Sequence record: DRR723986_14244
DNA length: 64,000 nucleotides
Reading direction: 5' to 3' (one strand)
Shown one piece after another: positions 19,828-30,413 of this stretch. The position numbers and the translations under genes are program-made. Position 1 is the first letter of the stretch. The number at the start of each line of letters is the position of its first letter. The notes beneath the pieces were generated by a model, which saw only the letters and a program-made list of their open reading frames with translations, was not told where the DNA came from and ran no database searches.

Positions 19828-20559
19828 TTAATTTATAAGCATTAATGTCGCCATTACAATCATAATAGCATTTTCAATAAAAGTGGCTTCTGTCATAGGT
19901 AATTTTAAAGCAGTACCTAAACACGCACATCGTATTGATTTTTTGTCCAATAATGTTTTTGTTACTCCAATTGTTGTTATCCCTAATACTATTAGTGTAA
20001 TTATTAAAGCTATATTAATTTCAAACCGCATTAAAAACATCAGTCCTAAAGCTGTTTCAATAAATGGATAAACTTTCCCATAAAAAGGAACACGTTTAGC
20101 TAAAGGGTCGTACATACGAAAGGATTCAGGAAAACCTTTTAAATCTAACATCTTGAAAAAACTAAAAACGATGTAGAATAAGCCCATAAAGTCCAGCATA
20201 AACTCGCTCCAACTCCAATTTTTATAATTTAACAATACGCTTGCTGACGCTATATAGAAGATGATGAGTAATAGTGGTTTAAGTTGTTGTAATTTGCTTT
20301 TTTCTTCTTCAATCTCAAAACTTGAAGATTGCGTAGACGTAAAAACATTCTTTATTTCTTTTTGAGTTATGGTATATTTCGATGCTAAAGACTTTTGAAG
20401 TTCTACAATATCAATATGTTTATCCATAGTTATTGTTGCTTCTTGATTTTCAAGATTAACTTCGACATCGGAAACATCATCTATATCTCTTAAACTGTTT
20501 TCTACAGATGCTTTACAACTGCCACAGGTCATTCCTTTTATTTTATATATATGTTTCAT
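19828..20559 (-). CDS. HMA domain plus MauE/DoxX-like membrane domain protein
   Basis: GMTCGSC N-terminus; CACLG in the membrane domain. Confidence 0.8.
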   Translation of the reverse strand: MKHIYKIKGMTCGSCKASVENSLRDIDDVSDVEVNLENQEATITMDKHIDIVELQKSLASKYTITQKEIKNVFTSTQSSSFEIEEEKSKLQQLKPLLLIIFYIASASVLLNYKNWSWSEFMLDFMGLFYIVFSFFKMLDLKGFPESFRMYDPLAKRVPFYGKVYPFIETALGLMFLMRFEINIALIITLIVLGITTIGVTKTLLDKKSIRCACLGTALKLPMTEATFIENAIMIVMATLMLIN

Positions 20560-21281
20560 TTTTTTGGTAGCTTTAATGTTACTGTTTGATTAAATGATAA
20601 ATCATCAATATGACCAGCAATAGCATTATCATCAGTTTTAAAATGCATATGCATATTGGTAGTATGATGAGTGAAAACTGCTTTATGCTTTGTGGAATAG
20701 AAGCCTATAATTTGAACTCTTCTATTTGCTAAAGTTCCATTTAAACCAGATTCCTTATGCTTTTTATGGTTGTGGATAGTATCACCATCTTTCCAATTTA
20801 TGACGTGCCAATCCACAGAGGCGATTATACCTTCTAATAAGAAAGGAAATGGTTCTTCAGTATTGATTCCACTATTTGTGGCGAGTTCAAAAATTTGTTC
20901 TTCTAAATCACTTTTTGTCTTACTATTCTCGATTTGAAAAGTATCCCATTCTTCCACTTCAGCATATACTAATAAAGACGCTTTTAGACTATAAGAATCT
21001 TTAATTTGCAAGCTACTATCAATCACAAAGCTGTTGCTCGGTTTACTATCAAATATTTGTATTTCACCTTTGAGATTATCTACAGCACCAAGAGCATATA
21101 GATGTTTCTTTTTTGAAAGTGTATCTAAACTAATTACGGGTTGAATGTTACCAGACATTATTGTTCTTAAAGCTCCCGAATGTTTTACTAATATTGAGAC
21201 TTCTTTTTTGTGTGTGTTTTGGCAAGAGGTAAAAGCAATTACCATTATTACCAATACGATTATATATGTTGATTTATTCAT
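20556..21281 (-). CDS. acetolactate decarboxylase-like lipoprotein
   Basis: ALGAVDNLKGEI, GFYS, HMHF...GHIDD Zn-site pattern; lipobox FTSC. Confidence 0.65.
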   Translation of the reverse strand: MNKSTYIIVLVIMVIAFTSCQNTHKKEVSILVKHSGALRTIMSGNIQPVISLDTLSKKKHLYALGAVDNLKGEIQIFDSKPSNSFVIDSSLQIKDSYSLKASLLVYAEVEEWDTFQIENSKTKSDLEEQIFELATNSGINTEEPFPFLLEGIIASVDWHVINWKDGDTIHNHKKHKESGLNGTLANRRVQIIGFYSTKHKAVFTHHTTNMHMHFKTDDNAIAGHIDDLSFNQTVTLKLPKK

Positions 21282-21284
21282 AGT

Positions 21285-22520
21285 TTAATTAGTTAAATAA
21301 TTAATTATAGTAGTTTGTACAAAGTAGGTCTTCACAGATTCTATTTGGTTCATTTGAAACTTTAGCTGTAACTCTTGAATGTCTAAAACATCATTAAAAT
21401 CAATCGTTCCTGTTTCATAGCTTTTGATTAAAATATCTTCTGCATCTTTTGCTTGTTTTAGGTTTTTAGTTTGAGTAGTATAACTTATTCTTGCAGAAAT
21501 ACGCTCATTAATCGCCTTGCTTAAAAGTGTTTCCAAAGTGTTTAATCGTTCCTGCTTTTGAACTGTTATTTCTTGCTGTTCTAACTCGTTTTGTTTGGTT
21601 TGGGATTTATATTTCTTATTGAAAATTGGGATTGACACCGAAACCATTGGCATTACAATATCCTTTCCGTTATCGCTGAAATCCATATTTGGCCTTTCTG
21701 AAACATTGATATAATCTAATCCAAAACCAATCATTGGACTGCTTTCTTTTTGATTTAATAATTCTGATTGCTCTATGGATTGATAGAGCTTATCATATTT
21801 TAGTAATTCAGGATGTAATGCTAAATTTTCAGAAGTAATATCAAAGTCTTCAGAAGGTATCATTACACTATCTACCACATTCACGGTAACATCATTATCT
21901 CTATTCAATAGATTATTGAATTTGGTTTGTTCTGCTAAAAATTGTTGTTGCAATACATCTTTTAATTGTTGCATTTCGTTTTGACGCATTTGCAATCGCA
22001 ACACATCTACTGCGGATGCTTTACCAACCTCAACAGAAGTTAATGCCAACGTCTCATAAGTTTCTAATAGTTTAATGTTTTCAGTTAAGACCTCTTGCTT
22101 TGCTTTGTTCGCGTATAGATTATAATAGGATTGTGATACCGAAGCCATTAGTTTTCGCTTTGCGATAACAATGTCCTCGTATTTAGCATCTGCCAATGAA
22201 CTCACATAATTTTCTCTCGATGTAATGGTTCCGAACCACGGTAACATTTGTTTAGCAGATACTTTAAAGCGTTGTGCACCTGTTCTGGTTTCCGGTTCAC
22301 TTACAAAGTAACCAACTCCAAATTCGGTGTTCGGAATGGTATTGACTTCATTCACTTTTTCAGAAGCTCTTTTGTATTGTAACTCAAACTTTTGAATTTC
22401 TGGATTGTTTGTTAAGGCTTCATCTATGAGTACTTCTAATTGTTGTGCATTTCCTTTGAGAACAAAGAATAACGAACAAAGAAAAAAGACTGTTTTTATG
22501 TGTGATTTTATGTGTTTCAT
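21285..22520 (-). CDS. TolC/CusC family outer-membrane factor
   Basis: Signal peptide, ALTNNPEI, QMLPWFG, SIPIF repeats; adjacent to RND pump. Confidence 0.88.
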   Translation of the reverse strand: MKHIKSHIKTVFFLCSLFFVLKGNAQQLEVLIDEALTNNPEIQKFELQYKRASEKVNEVNTIPNTEFGVGYFVSEPETRTGAQRFKVSAKQMLPWFGTITSRENYVSSLADAKYEDIVIAKRKLMASVSQSYYNLYANKAKQEVLTENIKLLETYETLALTSVEVGKASAVDVLRLQMRQNEMQQLKDVLQQQFLAEQTKFNNLLNRDNDVTVNVVDSVMIPSEDFDITSENLALHPELLKYDKLYQSIEQSELLNQKESSPMIGFGLDYINVSERPNMDFSDNGKDIVMPMVSVSIPIFNKKYKSQTKQNELEQQEITVQKQERLNTLETLLSKAINERISARISYTTQTKNLKQAKDAEDILIKSYETGTIDFNDVLDIQELQLKFQMNQIESVKTYFVQTTIINYLTN

Positions 22521-25500
22521 TTTACAGTTCTTTTAAGTTGAACTTCGGCTTTCCAGCTATATAATACTGGTACTACAAATAAGGTTATTAAGGCTATAAG
22601 CATTCCACCAAAACTTGGTATTGCCATAGGAATCATAATATCGCTACCACGTCCTGTTGATGTTAATACTGGTAATAATGCTAATATGGTTGTAGCTGTT
22701 GTCATTAAGCAAGGTCTGATACGTTTTTCTCCTGCTTCTACAACAGATGTTCTTACTTCCTTTTTATTATCTGGTGTGTTTCTATTGAAAGTTTGAGTTA
22801 AATACGTTGCCATAACTACACCATCATCCGTTGCAATTCCGAAAAGAGCAATAAAGCCCACCCAAACTGCAACACTTAAATTAATAGGATGCATCTGAAA
22901 TAAATCACGTAGATTTTCGCCAAAGAAATTGAAGTTTAAAAACCAATCTTGACCATAGAGCCATATCATTAGAAATCCGCCTGCAAATGCTACTGCAATA
23001 CCTGTAAATACCATTAATGATGTACCTACAGAACGGAATTGGAAATACAGAATTAAGAAAATAATTGCTAATGCTAAAGGCACAACAACCGACAAGGTTT
23101 TTTCGGCTCGCAACTGATTTTCGTATGTTCCTGTGAATTGATAATTAATACCTTTTGGTACTACTAATTCGCCATTATCTATTTTTTCTTGAATTAAGGC
23201 TTGTGCATTTTCTACAACACTTACTTCTGCAAAACCATCCATTTTATCAAATAATACATAGCCTACTAAAAAGGTGTCTTCACTTTTAATTACTTGTGGA
23301 CCTTGTTCATATTTTATTGTTGCCAATTCGCTTAAAGGAACTGGACTGCCTTTTTCTACTGGTACATAAATCTGTTTTAAGTCGGTTGGATTAGCTCTTA
23401 ACTCTCTTGGGTATCGAACACGTACACCATAACGCTCTCTACCTTCAACGGTTTGGGTTAATACCATTCCGCCAACTGCAACTTTAAGTACATCTTGTAC
23501 ATCTTGTATTGAAATACCATAACGTGCAATTTTTTCTCTATCAATATCAATTAACAAATAGGGTTTCCCTACGATACGGTCTGCAAAAACAGCTTCATCT
23601 TTTACACCTTCAGCTTGTTTCAAAATATCCTCTAACTGCACACCAAACGCTTCAATTTGTTTTAAATCTTGACCTTTTACCTTGATACCCATTGGCGCTC
23701 TCATTCCTGTTTGAAGCATTACCAATCTGGTTTCAATAGGTTGTAGCTTTGGTGCAGAGGTAACACCAGGCAATTTGGTGACTCTTACAATTTCATTCCA
23801 AATATCGTCTGGTGATTGTATTTCTGGTCGCCAATTTCTATAAAACTCACCATCATTATCTTCTATTAATTGAGAGTTTTTAATTACGCTCAAAGTAACA
23901 TCTTTAGTATTATTTGGATTTGCGATGAATCGTCCATCTTTCAATTCAAACAAACCATCTTCATTTATTTTATAGCGTTGACGTTCTTCGTTTTCATTAA
24001 GCATATATTCTGGTTTGTACTGAATGATATTTTCATACATTGATAATGGCGCTGGGTCTAAAGCTGATTCTGTTCTTCCTGCCTTACCAACTACGGTTTC
24101 AATCTCTGGAATACTGGCTACTGCCATATCTAATTGCTGTAAAACACGTTTGTTTTCTTCTACACCAGAATGAGGCATCGAGGTTGGCATTAGTAGAAAT
24201 GAGCCTTCATTTAATGAGGGCATAAACTCTTTGCCTGTATTTTTCATAATGAAAAATCCTGCAATGACAATAGCTGTTGGGACAGACAAAAAGAGCAACT
24301 TATTATCTAAACACCACTTTAAAATACGTGTGTAGTATTTTATAAATAATGAGAAAACACCTAATAAACCAAAGCAAATAACACTCACAAAAATGAGATT
24401 CCAAAAAATGCTTTTATCAATGCCTAATGGTCTCCAGTATTCTGCTAACAAGAATACAATAGCTGATACCGAAATAATGATATTGATAAGATTAGCTTGC
24501 TTGTCTGTTATCTTACTTTGAAGATTGAGAAGTGCTGTAATTCCAAACGCTATCAAAATCAATCCTAACCAATATCCATAGACTATTGCTACAATTCCCA
24601 ATGCTATTAAAACGCCATTTAAAACATATTTAAAAGTGTTATTAATGCTTTTCTTTCGGAATAAAAATGCAGCGAAAGGCGGAATTAAAAATAGCGCTAC
24701 AATTATAGAAGCTGTTAATGCAAAGGTTTTTGTGAAAGCCAATGGTCTGAATAGTTTTCCTTCTGCACCAATCATCGTAAATACAGGAATGAAACTAATA
24801 ATGGTGGTCATTACTGCGGTTACGATTGCACCAGATACTTCGGCTGTTGCGTTGTAAACTACCGTGTTAATGGATTGTGTGCCATCATCTTCATCTAAAT
24901 GTCGAATTATATTTTCTGATAGTATAACACCAACATCGACCATTGTACCAATAGCAATAGCAATACCAGATAATGCGACAATATTAGCATCGACACCAAA
25001 GAGTTTCATCGCTATAAATACCATTAAAACTGCTACTGGCAGTAGTCCAGAAATTAATACGGACGCTCGAAGATTAAACACCATAATGATTATGACCAGA
25101 ATGGTTATAAGTATTTCTAAAGTCAATGCCTCATTGAGTGTACCTAAAGTTTCTTGTATCAATTCTGTTCTGTCATAAAAGGGTACTATGGTTACTTGGG
25201 AAGTTCTACCATCCGCCAATACCTTTGAAGGTAATCCTGCACTTAATTCATTAATTTTTTCTTTTACGTTATTAATGACTTCCATTGGATTTGCACCATA
25301 ACGAGCAACCACAACAGCACCAACAACTTCTGCACCTTCCTTATCTAAAAGCCCTCTACGTGTTGCAGGACCTAAAGAGACTTTTCCAATATCCTTAATT
25401 TTAATCGCTGTATAGTCTTCTGAAGTGACTACTGCATTTTCGATGTCTGAAATGGATTTCACATAACCCAAACCACGCACTAAATATTCGGCTTGGTTAA

Positions 25501-26224
25501 TTTCCAAAGTTTGTGCACCAATATCTTTATTGCTTTCCTTAACCGCTTTTACAACGTGATGCAATCCAATATTATACTGACGCATTAGTTCTGGATTTAC
25601 ATCCACTTGATATTCTTGAACATAGCCACCAATAGAAGCAACCTCTGAAACACCACTTGCAGAGGACAACGCATACTTTACATAGTAATCCTGAATACTT
25701 CGTAATTCCTGTAAATCCCAACCACCAGTTACATTACCGTTTTCATCACGACCTTCAAGCGTGTACCAAAATATTTGTCCTAATCCTGTGGCATCTGGAC
25801 CCAATGCAGGATTAACACCTTCGGGTAATAAACCACTTGGTAAGGAATTAAGTTTTTCGAGAATACGACTTCTGCTCCAGTAAAATTCTATATCCTCTTC
25901 AAAAATGATATAGATGCTTGAAAACCCAAACATAGAGGAACTACGAATGGTTTTCACTCCAGGAATACCCAATAATGATGTGGTTAATGGATAGGTTATT
26001 TGGTCTTCTATATCTTGTGGGGAACGACCATCCCACTTGGTAAATACGATTTGTTGATTTTCACCTATATCTGGTATGGCATCTACAGCAACAGGATTGC
26101 TTGGTAAGAATCCTGTATCCCAATTGAAAGGTGCGTTGACTGTTCCCCAACCTATAAAGAGAACTAATAATAAAACTGCTACGAGTTTATTTTCTATTAA
26201 AAATTTGATGCTTTTATTTAGCAT
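22517..26224 (-). CDS. CusA/CzcA family heavy-metal RND permease
   Basis: VDAIPDIGENQQIV, ALGPDATGLG, AIGTMVD, RIRPCLMT. Confidence 0.93.
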   Translation of the reverse strand: MLNKSIKFLIENKLVAVLLLVLFIGWGTVNAPFNWDTGFLPSNPVAVDAIPDIGENQQIVFTKWDGRSPQDIEDQITYPLTTSLLGIPGVKTIRSSSMFGFSSIYIIFEEDIEFYWSRSRILEKLNSLPSGLLPEGVNPALGPDATGLGQIFWYTLEGRDENGNVTGGWDLQELRSIQDYYVKYALSSASGVSEVASIGGYVQEYQVDVNPELMRQYNIGLHHVVKAVKESNKDIGAQTLEINQAEYLVRGLGYVKSISDIENAVVTSEDYTAIKIKDIGKVSLGPATRRGLLDKEGAEVVGAVVVARYGANPMEVINNVKEKINELSAGLPSKVLADGRTSQVTIVPFYDRTELIQETLGTLNEALTLEILITILVIIIMVFNLRASVLISGLLPVAVLMVFIAMKLFGVDANIVALSGIAIAIGTMVDVGVILSENIIRHLDEDDGTQSINTVVYNATAEVSGAIVTAVMTTIISFIPVFTMIGAEGKLFRPLAFTKTFALTASIIVALFLIPPFAAFLFRKKSINNTFKYVLNGVLIALGIVAIVYGYWLGLILIAFGITALLNLQSKITDKQANLINIIISVSAIVFLLAEYWRPLGIDKSIFWNLIFVSVICFGLLGVFSLFIKYYTRILKWCLDNKLLFLSVPTAIVIAGFFIMKNTGKEFMPSLNEGSFLLMPTSMPHSGVEENKRVLQQLDMAVASIPEIETVVGKAGRTESALDPAPLSMYENIIQYKPEYMLNENEERQRYKINEDGLFELKDGRFIANPNNTKDVTLSVIKNSQLIEDNDGEFYRNWRPEIQSPDDIWNEIVRVTKLPGVTSAPKLQPIETRLVMLQTGMRAPMGIKVKGQDLKQIEAFGVQLEDILKQAEGVKDEAVFADRIVGKPYLLIDIDREKIARYGISIQDVQDVLKVAVGGMVLTQTVEGRERYGVRVRYPRELRANPTDLKQIYVPVEKGSPVPLSELATIKYEQGPQVIKSEDTFLVGYVLFDKMDGFAEVSVVENAQALIQEKIDNGELVVPKGINYQFTGTYENQLRAEKTLSVVVPLALAIIFLILYFQFRSVGTSLMVFTGIAVAFAGGFLMIWLYGQDWFLNFNFFGENLRDLFQMHPINLSVAVWVGFIALFGIATDDGVVMATYLTQTFNRNTPDNKKEVRTSVVEAGEKRIRPCLMTTATTILALLPVLTSTGRGSDIMIPMAIPSFGGMLIALITLFVVPVLYSWKAEVQLKRTVK

Positions 26225-26333
26225 TGGCTTTGATAATTAAACAATTAGACATTGGTGTTTGAAAAACACCGAATACAGCAAATTATCCTTACGACATTGC
26301 AGTCATAGGATAAAAGAGTCTATTGTTTAAAAA

Positions 26334-26747
26334 TCAAATTAAGTATGTCTCGTCAATCTTGTAGAGTTGCCTGACGACGAGTGGCGGTTTATATTCTTCG
26401 TAAGTAGATACATTATTGTCTAAACCTTCAAAAAGGTTAATAAAAGTATAAACAAATGAAGCGATGAATACCTGTTGCTCAAATGAGATTTTGTCAACTT
26501 GCAATTGTAATTCGTCTTGACCTTCAATTGCTAATTGTTCATCATCACAACAATTTTTCTTGGTAATAGAACATCCTTCGGTTGAAGGCTTTTCCATTTC
26601 CATTCCGCACCCTTTGGCTTTTTGAAAGATAGCAGTTTCTACTAAAGTATCTCCACAATAATGCATATTCACAGTAAATGACATTGTAGAGCATAACACT
26701 ACAAAAGCCATTGCTAAAGACATTATTTTATGGAAAAATTGCTTCAT
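26334..26747 (-). CDS. HYC_CC_PP family protein
   Basis: MHYCG, KNCCDD, YKPP motifs; likely start MKQFF (26747) just after -7 box TACCTTTG (26757-26764). Confidence 0.8.
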   Translation of the reverse strand: MKQFFHKIMSLAMAFVVLCSTMSFTVNMHYCGDTLVETAIFQKAKGCGMEMEKPSTEGCSITKKNCCDDEQLAIEGQDELQLQVDKISFEQQVFIASFVYTFINLFEGLDNNVSTYEEYKPPLVVRQLYKIDETYLI

Positions 26748-26819
26748 ATCTATTTGCAAAGGTATAAAATTTTAACAACTATTGATTTTGTTTAACAGAA
26801 GTTTAATTGACTAATCTGC

Positions 26820-28772
26820 TTAATCCCAACTCATTCGTTGTAATCGAACTGCATTTAAAATTGCTAATAATGCTACTCCTACATCTGCAAAAACAGCTTC
26901 CCACATTGTGGCTAAACCACCTGCTCCTAAAATCAAGACAATAACTTTAACACCAAATGCTAAAATGATATTCTGCCAAACAATTTTACGTGTAGAACGA
27001 CTAATCCTAATAGCCCTCACTACTTTTGATGGTTGGTCTGTTTGAATAATGACATCTGCTGTTTCAATAGCTACATCACTACCTAAACCACCCATTGCAA
27101 TACCAACGTTACTTGCAGCTAAAACAGGTGCGTCGTTTATACCATCACCTATAAAAGCTATTTTGTTTTCAGGATTTTTCTTTAAAATTTCAACTTCGTT
27201 TAACTTATCTTCTGGTAATAAACCACCTTTAGCATTTTCAATATTTAGTTCTTTAGCGACTTGTTGCGTAATGGAATCTTTATCACCGGAAAGCATCATA
27301 ATATTTTTAATGCCTACTTTGTGTAATTCTGTAATAGTTTCTTTTGCATCCTCTTTTAATTCATCCGCTATTACTACATAACCTGCAAATTGATTATCGA
27401 TTGCAACTAATACTATAGATTCTACAATAGTTTCCGTTTCACTTGGAATATCAATACTATTGGTAGTCATCAAGGCTTTGTTACCTACTAAAACAGTTTT
27501 ATCGTTTACTATACCTTTTAATCCTTTACCAGCAATTTCAGAAACTTCTTTTGCTTCATAGCTATTTTCAGTTCCTTTATATACCATTATGGCTTTAGCT
27601 ATTGGATGCGTGGATTGTTCTTCCATCGCCATTAAATATTGCATAAATTCGGTTTCTTTCCAACCGATTGCTTTTACTTCTTTGATTTTAAAAACACCTT
27701 TGGTAACGGTTCCTGTTTTGTCCATTACCAAAGTATTTATCTTGGTCATTGCATCTAAAAATGAAGCACCTTTAAATAAAATTCCATTTTTTGAAGCTGC
27801 TCCCAAACCACCGAAATAACCTAATGGTATTGAAATCACTAACGCACAAGGACAAGATATTACCAAGAAAATTAATGCTCTGTATAACCAATCTCTAAAT
27901 ACATAATCATCTACAAAAAAGTAAGGTATAAAAGTAACACCAATAGCTAAAAACACTACAATTGGTGTGTAGATACGAGCAAACTGTCTGATAAACAATT
28001 CTGTTTTAGACTTACGAGCTGTTGCATTTTGAACCAAGTCTAATATTCTCGCAATAGAACTATCTTCAAAGATGTTGGTTACCTCAACTTCAATAACGCT
28101 TTCTAAATTAATACTACCTGCATAAACCTTTGCATCTTTCTGAATAGAATCTGGTTTGCTTTCTCCTGTTAATGCTGCGGTGTTTAGAGATGCTTTTTCG
28201 GATAATAAAATACCATCCAATGGAATTTTTTCACCTACTCGAATTTGTATTTTCTCGCCAATATTTACAGCTTCGGGCGATACACTTATATAATCACCAT
28301 CACGAAATACATTGGCTTCTTTTGGCCTAACATCTAATAAGGCTTTAATATTTCCTTTTGCTCTATTAACTGCTGCGTTTTGAAATAATTCTCCTACTGC
28401 ATAAAATAGCATTACTGCCACACCTTCGGGATATTCACCAATGATAAACGCACCAATGGTGGCAATAGACATTAAAAAGAACTCGGTAAAAACATCGCCT
28501 TTTATAAGACTTTTCCATCCTTCTTTAATTACAGGAAACCCAACTGGAATATATGCTAAAGTGTACCAAACTACTCGAATCCATCCTTCAAATTGAGGAA
28601 TGGCATCAAAATAATCTACAGCAATTCCTACGATTAGCATCACAAAACTTATAAGTGCTGGAATGTATGTTTTGAATGCACTTCCATTTCCGTGGTCGTG
28701 ACCATCATCGTGAGAATGTTGTTCTTCTGAATTTGGTTTTAAATCTCTTAAATTGACTTTCTTTTTTTTCAT
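26820..28772 (-). CDS. Zn/Cd/Pb P1B-type ATPase (ZntA/CadA-like)
   Basis: His-rich N-terminus, TGES, SCPCAL, DKTGT, GDGINDAP, FADVG; likely start MKKKKV (28772). Confidence 0.92.
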   Translation of the reverse strand: MKKKKVNLRDLKPNSEEQHSHDDGHDHGNGSAFKTYIPALISFVMLIVGIAVDYFDAIPQFEGWIRVVWYTLAYIPVGFPVIKEGWKSLIKGDVFTEFFLMSIATIGAFIIGEYPEGVAVMLFYAVGELFQNAAVNRAKGNIKALLDVRPKEANVFRDGDYISVSPEAVNIGEKIQIRVGEKIPLDGILLSEKASLNTAALTGESKPDSIQKDAKVYAGSINLESVIEVEVTNIFEDSSIARILDLVQNATARKSKTELFIRQFARIYTPIVVFLAIGVTFIPYFFVDDYVFRDWLYRALIFLVISCPCALVISIPLGYFGGLGAASKNGILFKGASFLDAMTKINTLVMDKTGTVTKGVFKIKEVKAIGWKETEFMQYLMAMEEQSTHPIAKAIMVYKGTENSYEAKEVSEIAGKGLKGIVNDKTVLVGNKALMTTNSIDIPSETETIVESIVLVAIDNQFAGYVVIADELKEDAKETITELHKVGIKNIMMLSGDKDSITQQVAKELNIENAKGGLLPEDKLNEVEILKKNPENKIAFIGDGINDAPVLAASNVGIAMGGLGSDVAIETADVIIQTDQPSKVVRAIRISRSTRKIVWQNIILAFGVKVIVLILGAGGLATMWEAVFADVGVALLAILNAVRLQRMSWD

Positions 28773-28782
28773 CAAGTTAGTT

Positions 28783-28989
28783 TTAACAACAACTTTTATT
28801 TTCTTGAATTGGTGGACAGGGAACTGTTCCATAAGAACAATACACACAACAATCACCTTCGTTTGGTTTTAGAACCGTTTTACAATGCTCACACTCGTAG
28901 AAGAATTGACAAGCATTTGTTGGCATATCTTCTACTTTTTTATGTCCGCAGTTAGGGCAAGTGATTTCCGATTTTAATATGGTTTTCAT
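28783..28989 (-). CDS. GDCCVxC domain protein
   Basis: CPNCGH...GDCCVYCSYGTVPCPP. Confidence 0.88.
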   Translation of the reverse strand: MKTILKSEITCPNCGHKKVEDMPTNACQFFYECEHCKTVLKPNEGDCCVYCSYGTVPCPPIQENKSCC

Positions 28990-29582
28990 TAATTTTCTTT
29001 TTTGTTAGTTACTTTATAACCTGTTGCGTTAATTGCTTTCTCAATCTCCAATTCATTGGTTTTAGTTTCGTCAAACTCAATGATTGCGTTACCATTTTCG
29101 TATGATGTTTTTGAGTTTACAATTCCGTTAAGTTTATTTACTTCGTGGTTAACGTGTGCTTCACAACTGGCACAAGTCATTCCACTTATTTTATACTCTA
29201 TTGTTTTTATATTTGATTTATCAACTATTATGATTTGTTTTTCGGTTTTTGGATATAACATACTTGAGTAGTATGGGAAAGCCAACATCACAATTGCAAA
29301 AGCTGTTACAATGCCTAAAAAGGTTTTTGACTGCATAAATTTTGGTTCTTTATCCGTTTCACATTCACAGTCGATTTCTTTTTCTGGTTTTAATTTTTGA
29401 TACCAAGCAAAGAGAAGAACTAATATAGTTAGCCCTATTAAGTAAGGTCTAAATGGTTCTATCCAAGAAAAAGTTGAAGCTACACCACTTGTTCCTGCAA
29501 TTAATGCCAAAACAGGTGTGATGCAACACAATGAAGCTGTGATTGCTGTTAGGATACTTGTAACCGCTAATTTATTTTTCAT
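28989..29582 (-). CDS. merTP: mercuric transport protein MerTP (MerT-MerP fusion)
   Basis: ASLCCITP in TM1, C-terminal GMTCASC HMA domain. Confidence 0.88.
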   Translation of the reverse strand: MKNKLAVTSILTAITASLCCITPVLALIAGTSGVASTFSWIEPFRPYLIGLTILVLLFAWYQKLKPEKEIDCECETDKEPKFMQSKTFLGIVTAFAIVMLAFPYYSSMLYPKTEKQIIIVDKSNIKTIEYKISGMTCASCEAHVNHEVNKLNGIVNSKTSYENGNAIIEFDETKTNELEIEKAINATGYKVTNKKEN

Positions 29583-29941
29583 TCTATATCTAATAATTTT
29601 TCAATGTCTTTTGGAATAGGCATACGTTTTAATGGTGGTACGTTTGCGCCACCAGTATTACCAAGTGGAACGTGATTTATAAATGATTTCCAGCCACCCA
29701 CAAACAACCTAACTATTTGACCTATTACTTCTTTAGTATCTTTTTGTCTAAATCCAAATTTTAGCATTAGCCAATGTGAATAGGTATGTTCTATAGGATA
29801 AGACTGTCCTATTATATGACTACGCTCTAAATGAAACCAAGCATAACCAAACTGTTTATTTTCTAAACATAAACTGTATTGTTTTATTTCTTCGTTATAA
29901 GCCTGTTTAAGATGTTTAGGTATTTTAGTATTAAACTTCAT
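29579..29941 (-). CDS. DUF3703-like protein
   Basis: AWFHLERSHIIGQ...PLGNTGGANV; likely start MKFNTK (29941). Confidence 0.75.
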   Translation of the reverse strand: MKFNTKIPKHLKQAYNEEIKQYSLCLENKQFGYAWFHLERSHIIGQSYPIEHTYSHWLMLKFGFRQKDTKEVIGQIVRLFVGGWKSFINHVPLGNTGGANVPPLKRMPIPKDIEKLLDIE

Positions 29942-29978
29942 ATCCACTAATTTTGGATAAAAGTAATTTAATAGTAAG

Positions 29979-29993
29979 TGCAATGGAAGTGCA
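29979..29993. promoter_or_regulatory. putative metal-regulator operator, copy 1
   Basis: TGCAATGGAAGTGCA; 13/15 identical to 32993-33007. Confidence 0.5.
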
Positions 29994-29997
29994 TTTG

Positions 29998-30411
29998 TTA
30001 TCCACTACACTTATCACATATACCTTTTACAACCAAGTTTACATTTTCCGAAACAAAGCCATCAGGCACTTTAATTTGAGGGATTTTATGGTTTGTTAAG
30101 CAAATGGTTTCATTGCAATTGTTACAATGGAAGTGTAAGTGTAAATCTGTTTTTATATCACAACTACAACCTTGTTCACACAATGCATATTTAGTAATTC
30201 CTGTGCCATCATCAATTTGATGTACAATATCCTTTTCTTCAAAAGTTTTAATAGTTCTGTATAAGGTAGTTCTATCTGCTTTTTCAAAAGCATTTTCAAT
30301 GTCACTCAATGTTACTGCTATCTCTTTTTCTGCAAGAAACTTATATATAAGCAAACGCATTGCCGTTATGCGAATATCTTTTGACTCTAATAATTGTTCT
30401 ATTGTTTCCAT
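29998..30411 (-). CDS. Fur family transcriptional regulator
   Basis: DRTTLYRT wHTH, HLHFHCNNC, C-terminal CDKC. Confidence 0.9.
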   Translation of the reverse strand: METIEQLLESKDIRITAMRLLIYKFLAEKEIAVTLSDIENAFEKADRTTLYRTIKTFEEKDIVHQIDDGTGITKYALCEQGCSCDIKTDLHLHFHCNNCNETICLTNHKIPQIKVPDGFVSENVNLVVKGICDKCSG

Positions 30412-30413
30412 AA

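Noticed and set aside
28783-28989. GDCCVxC protein as a selenoprotein
   Set aside because: No in-frame TGA; ends CC-TAA
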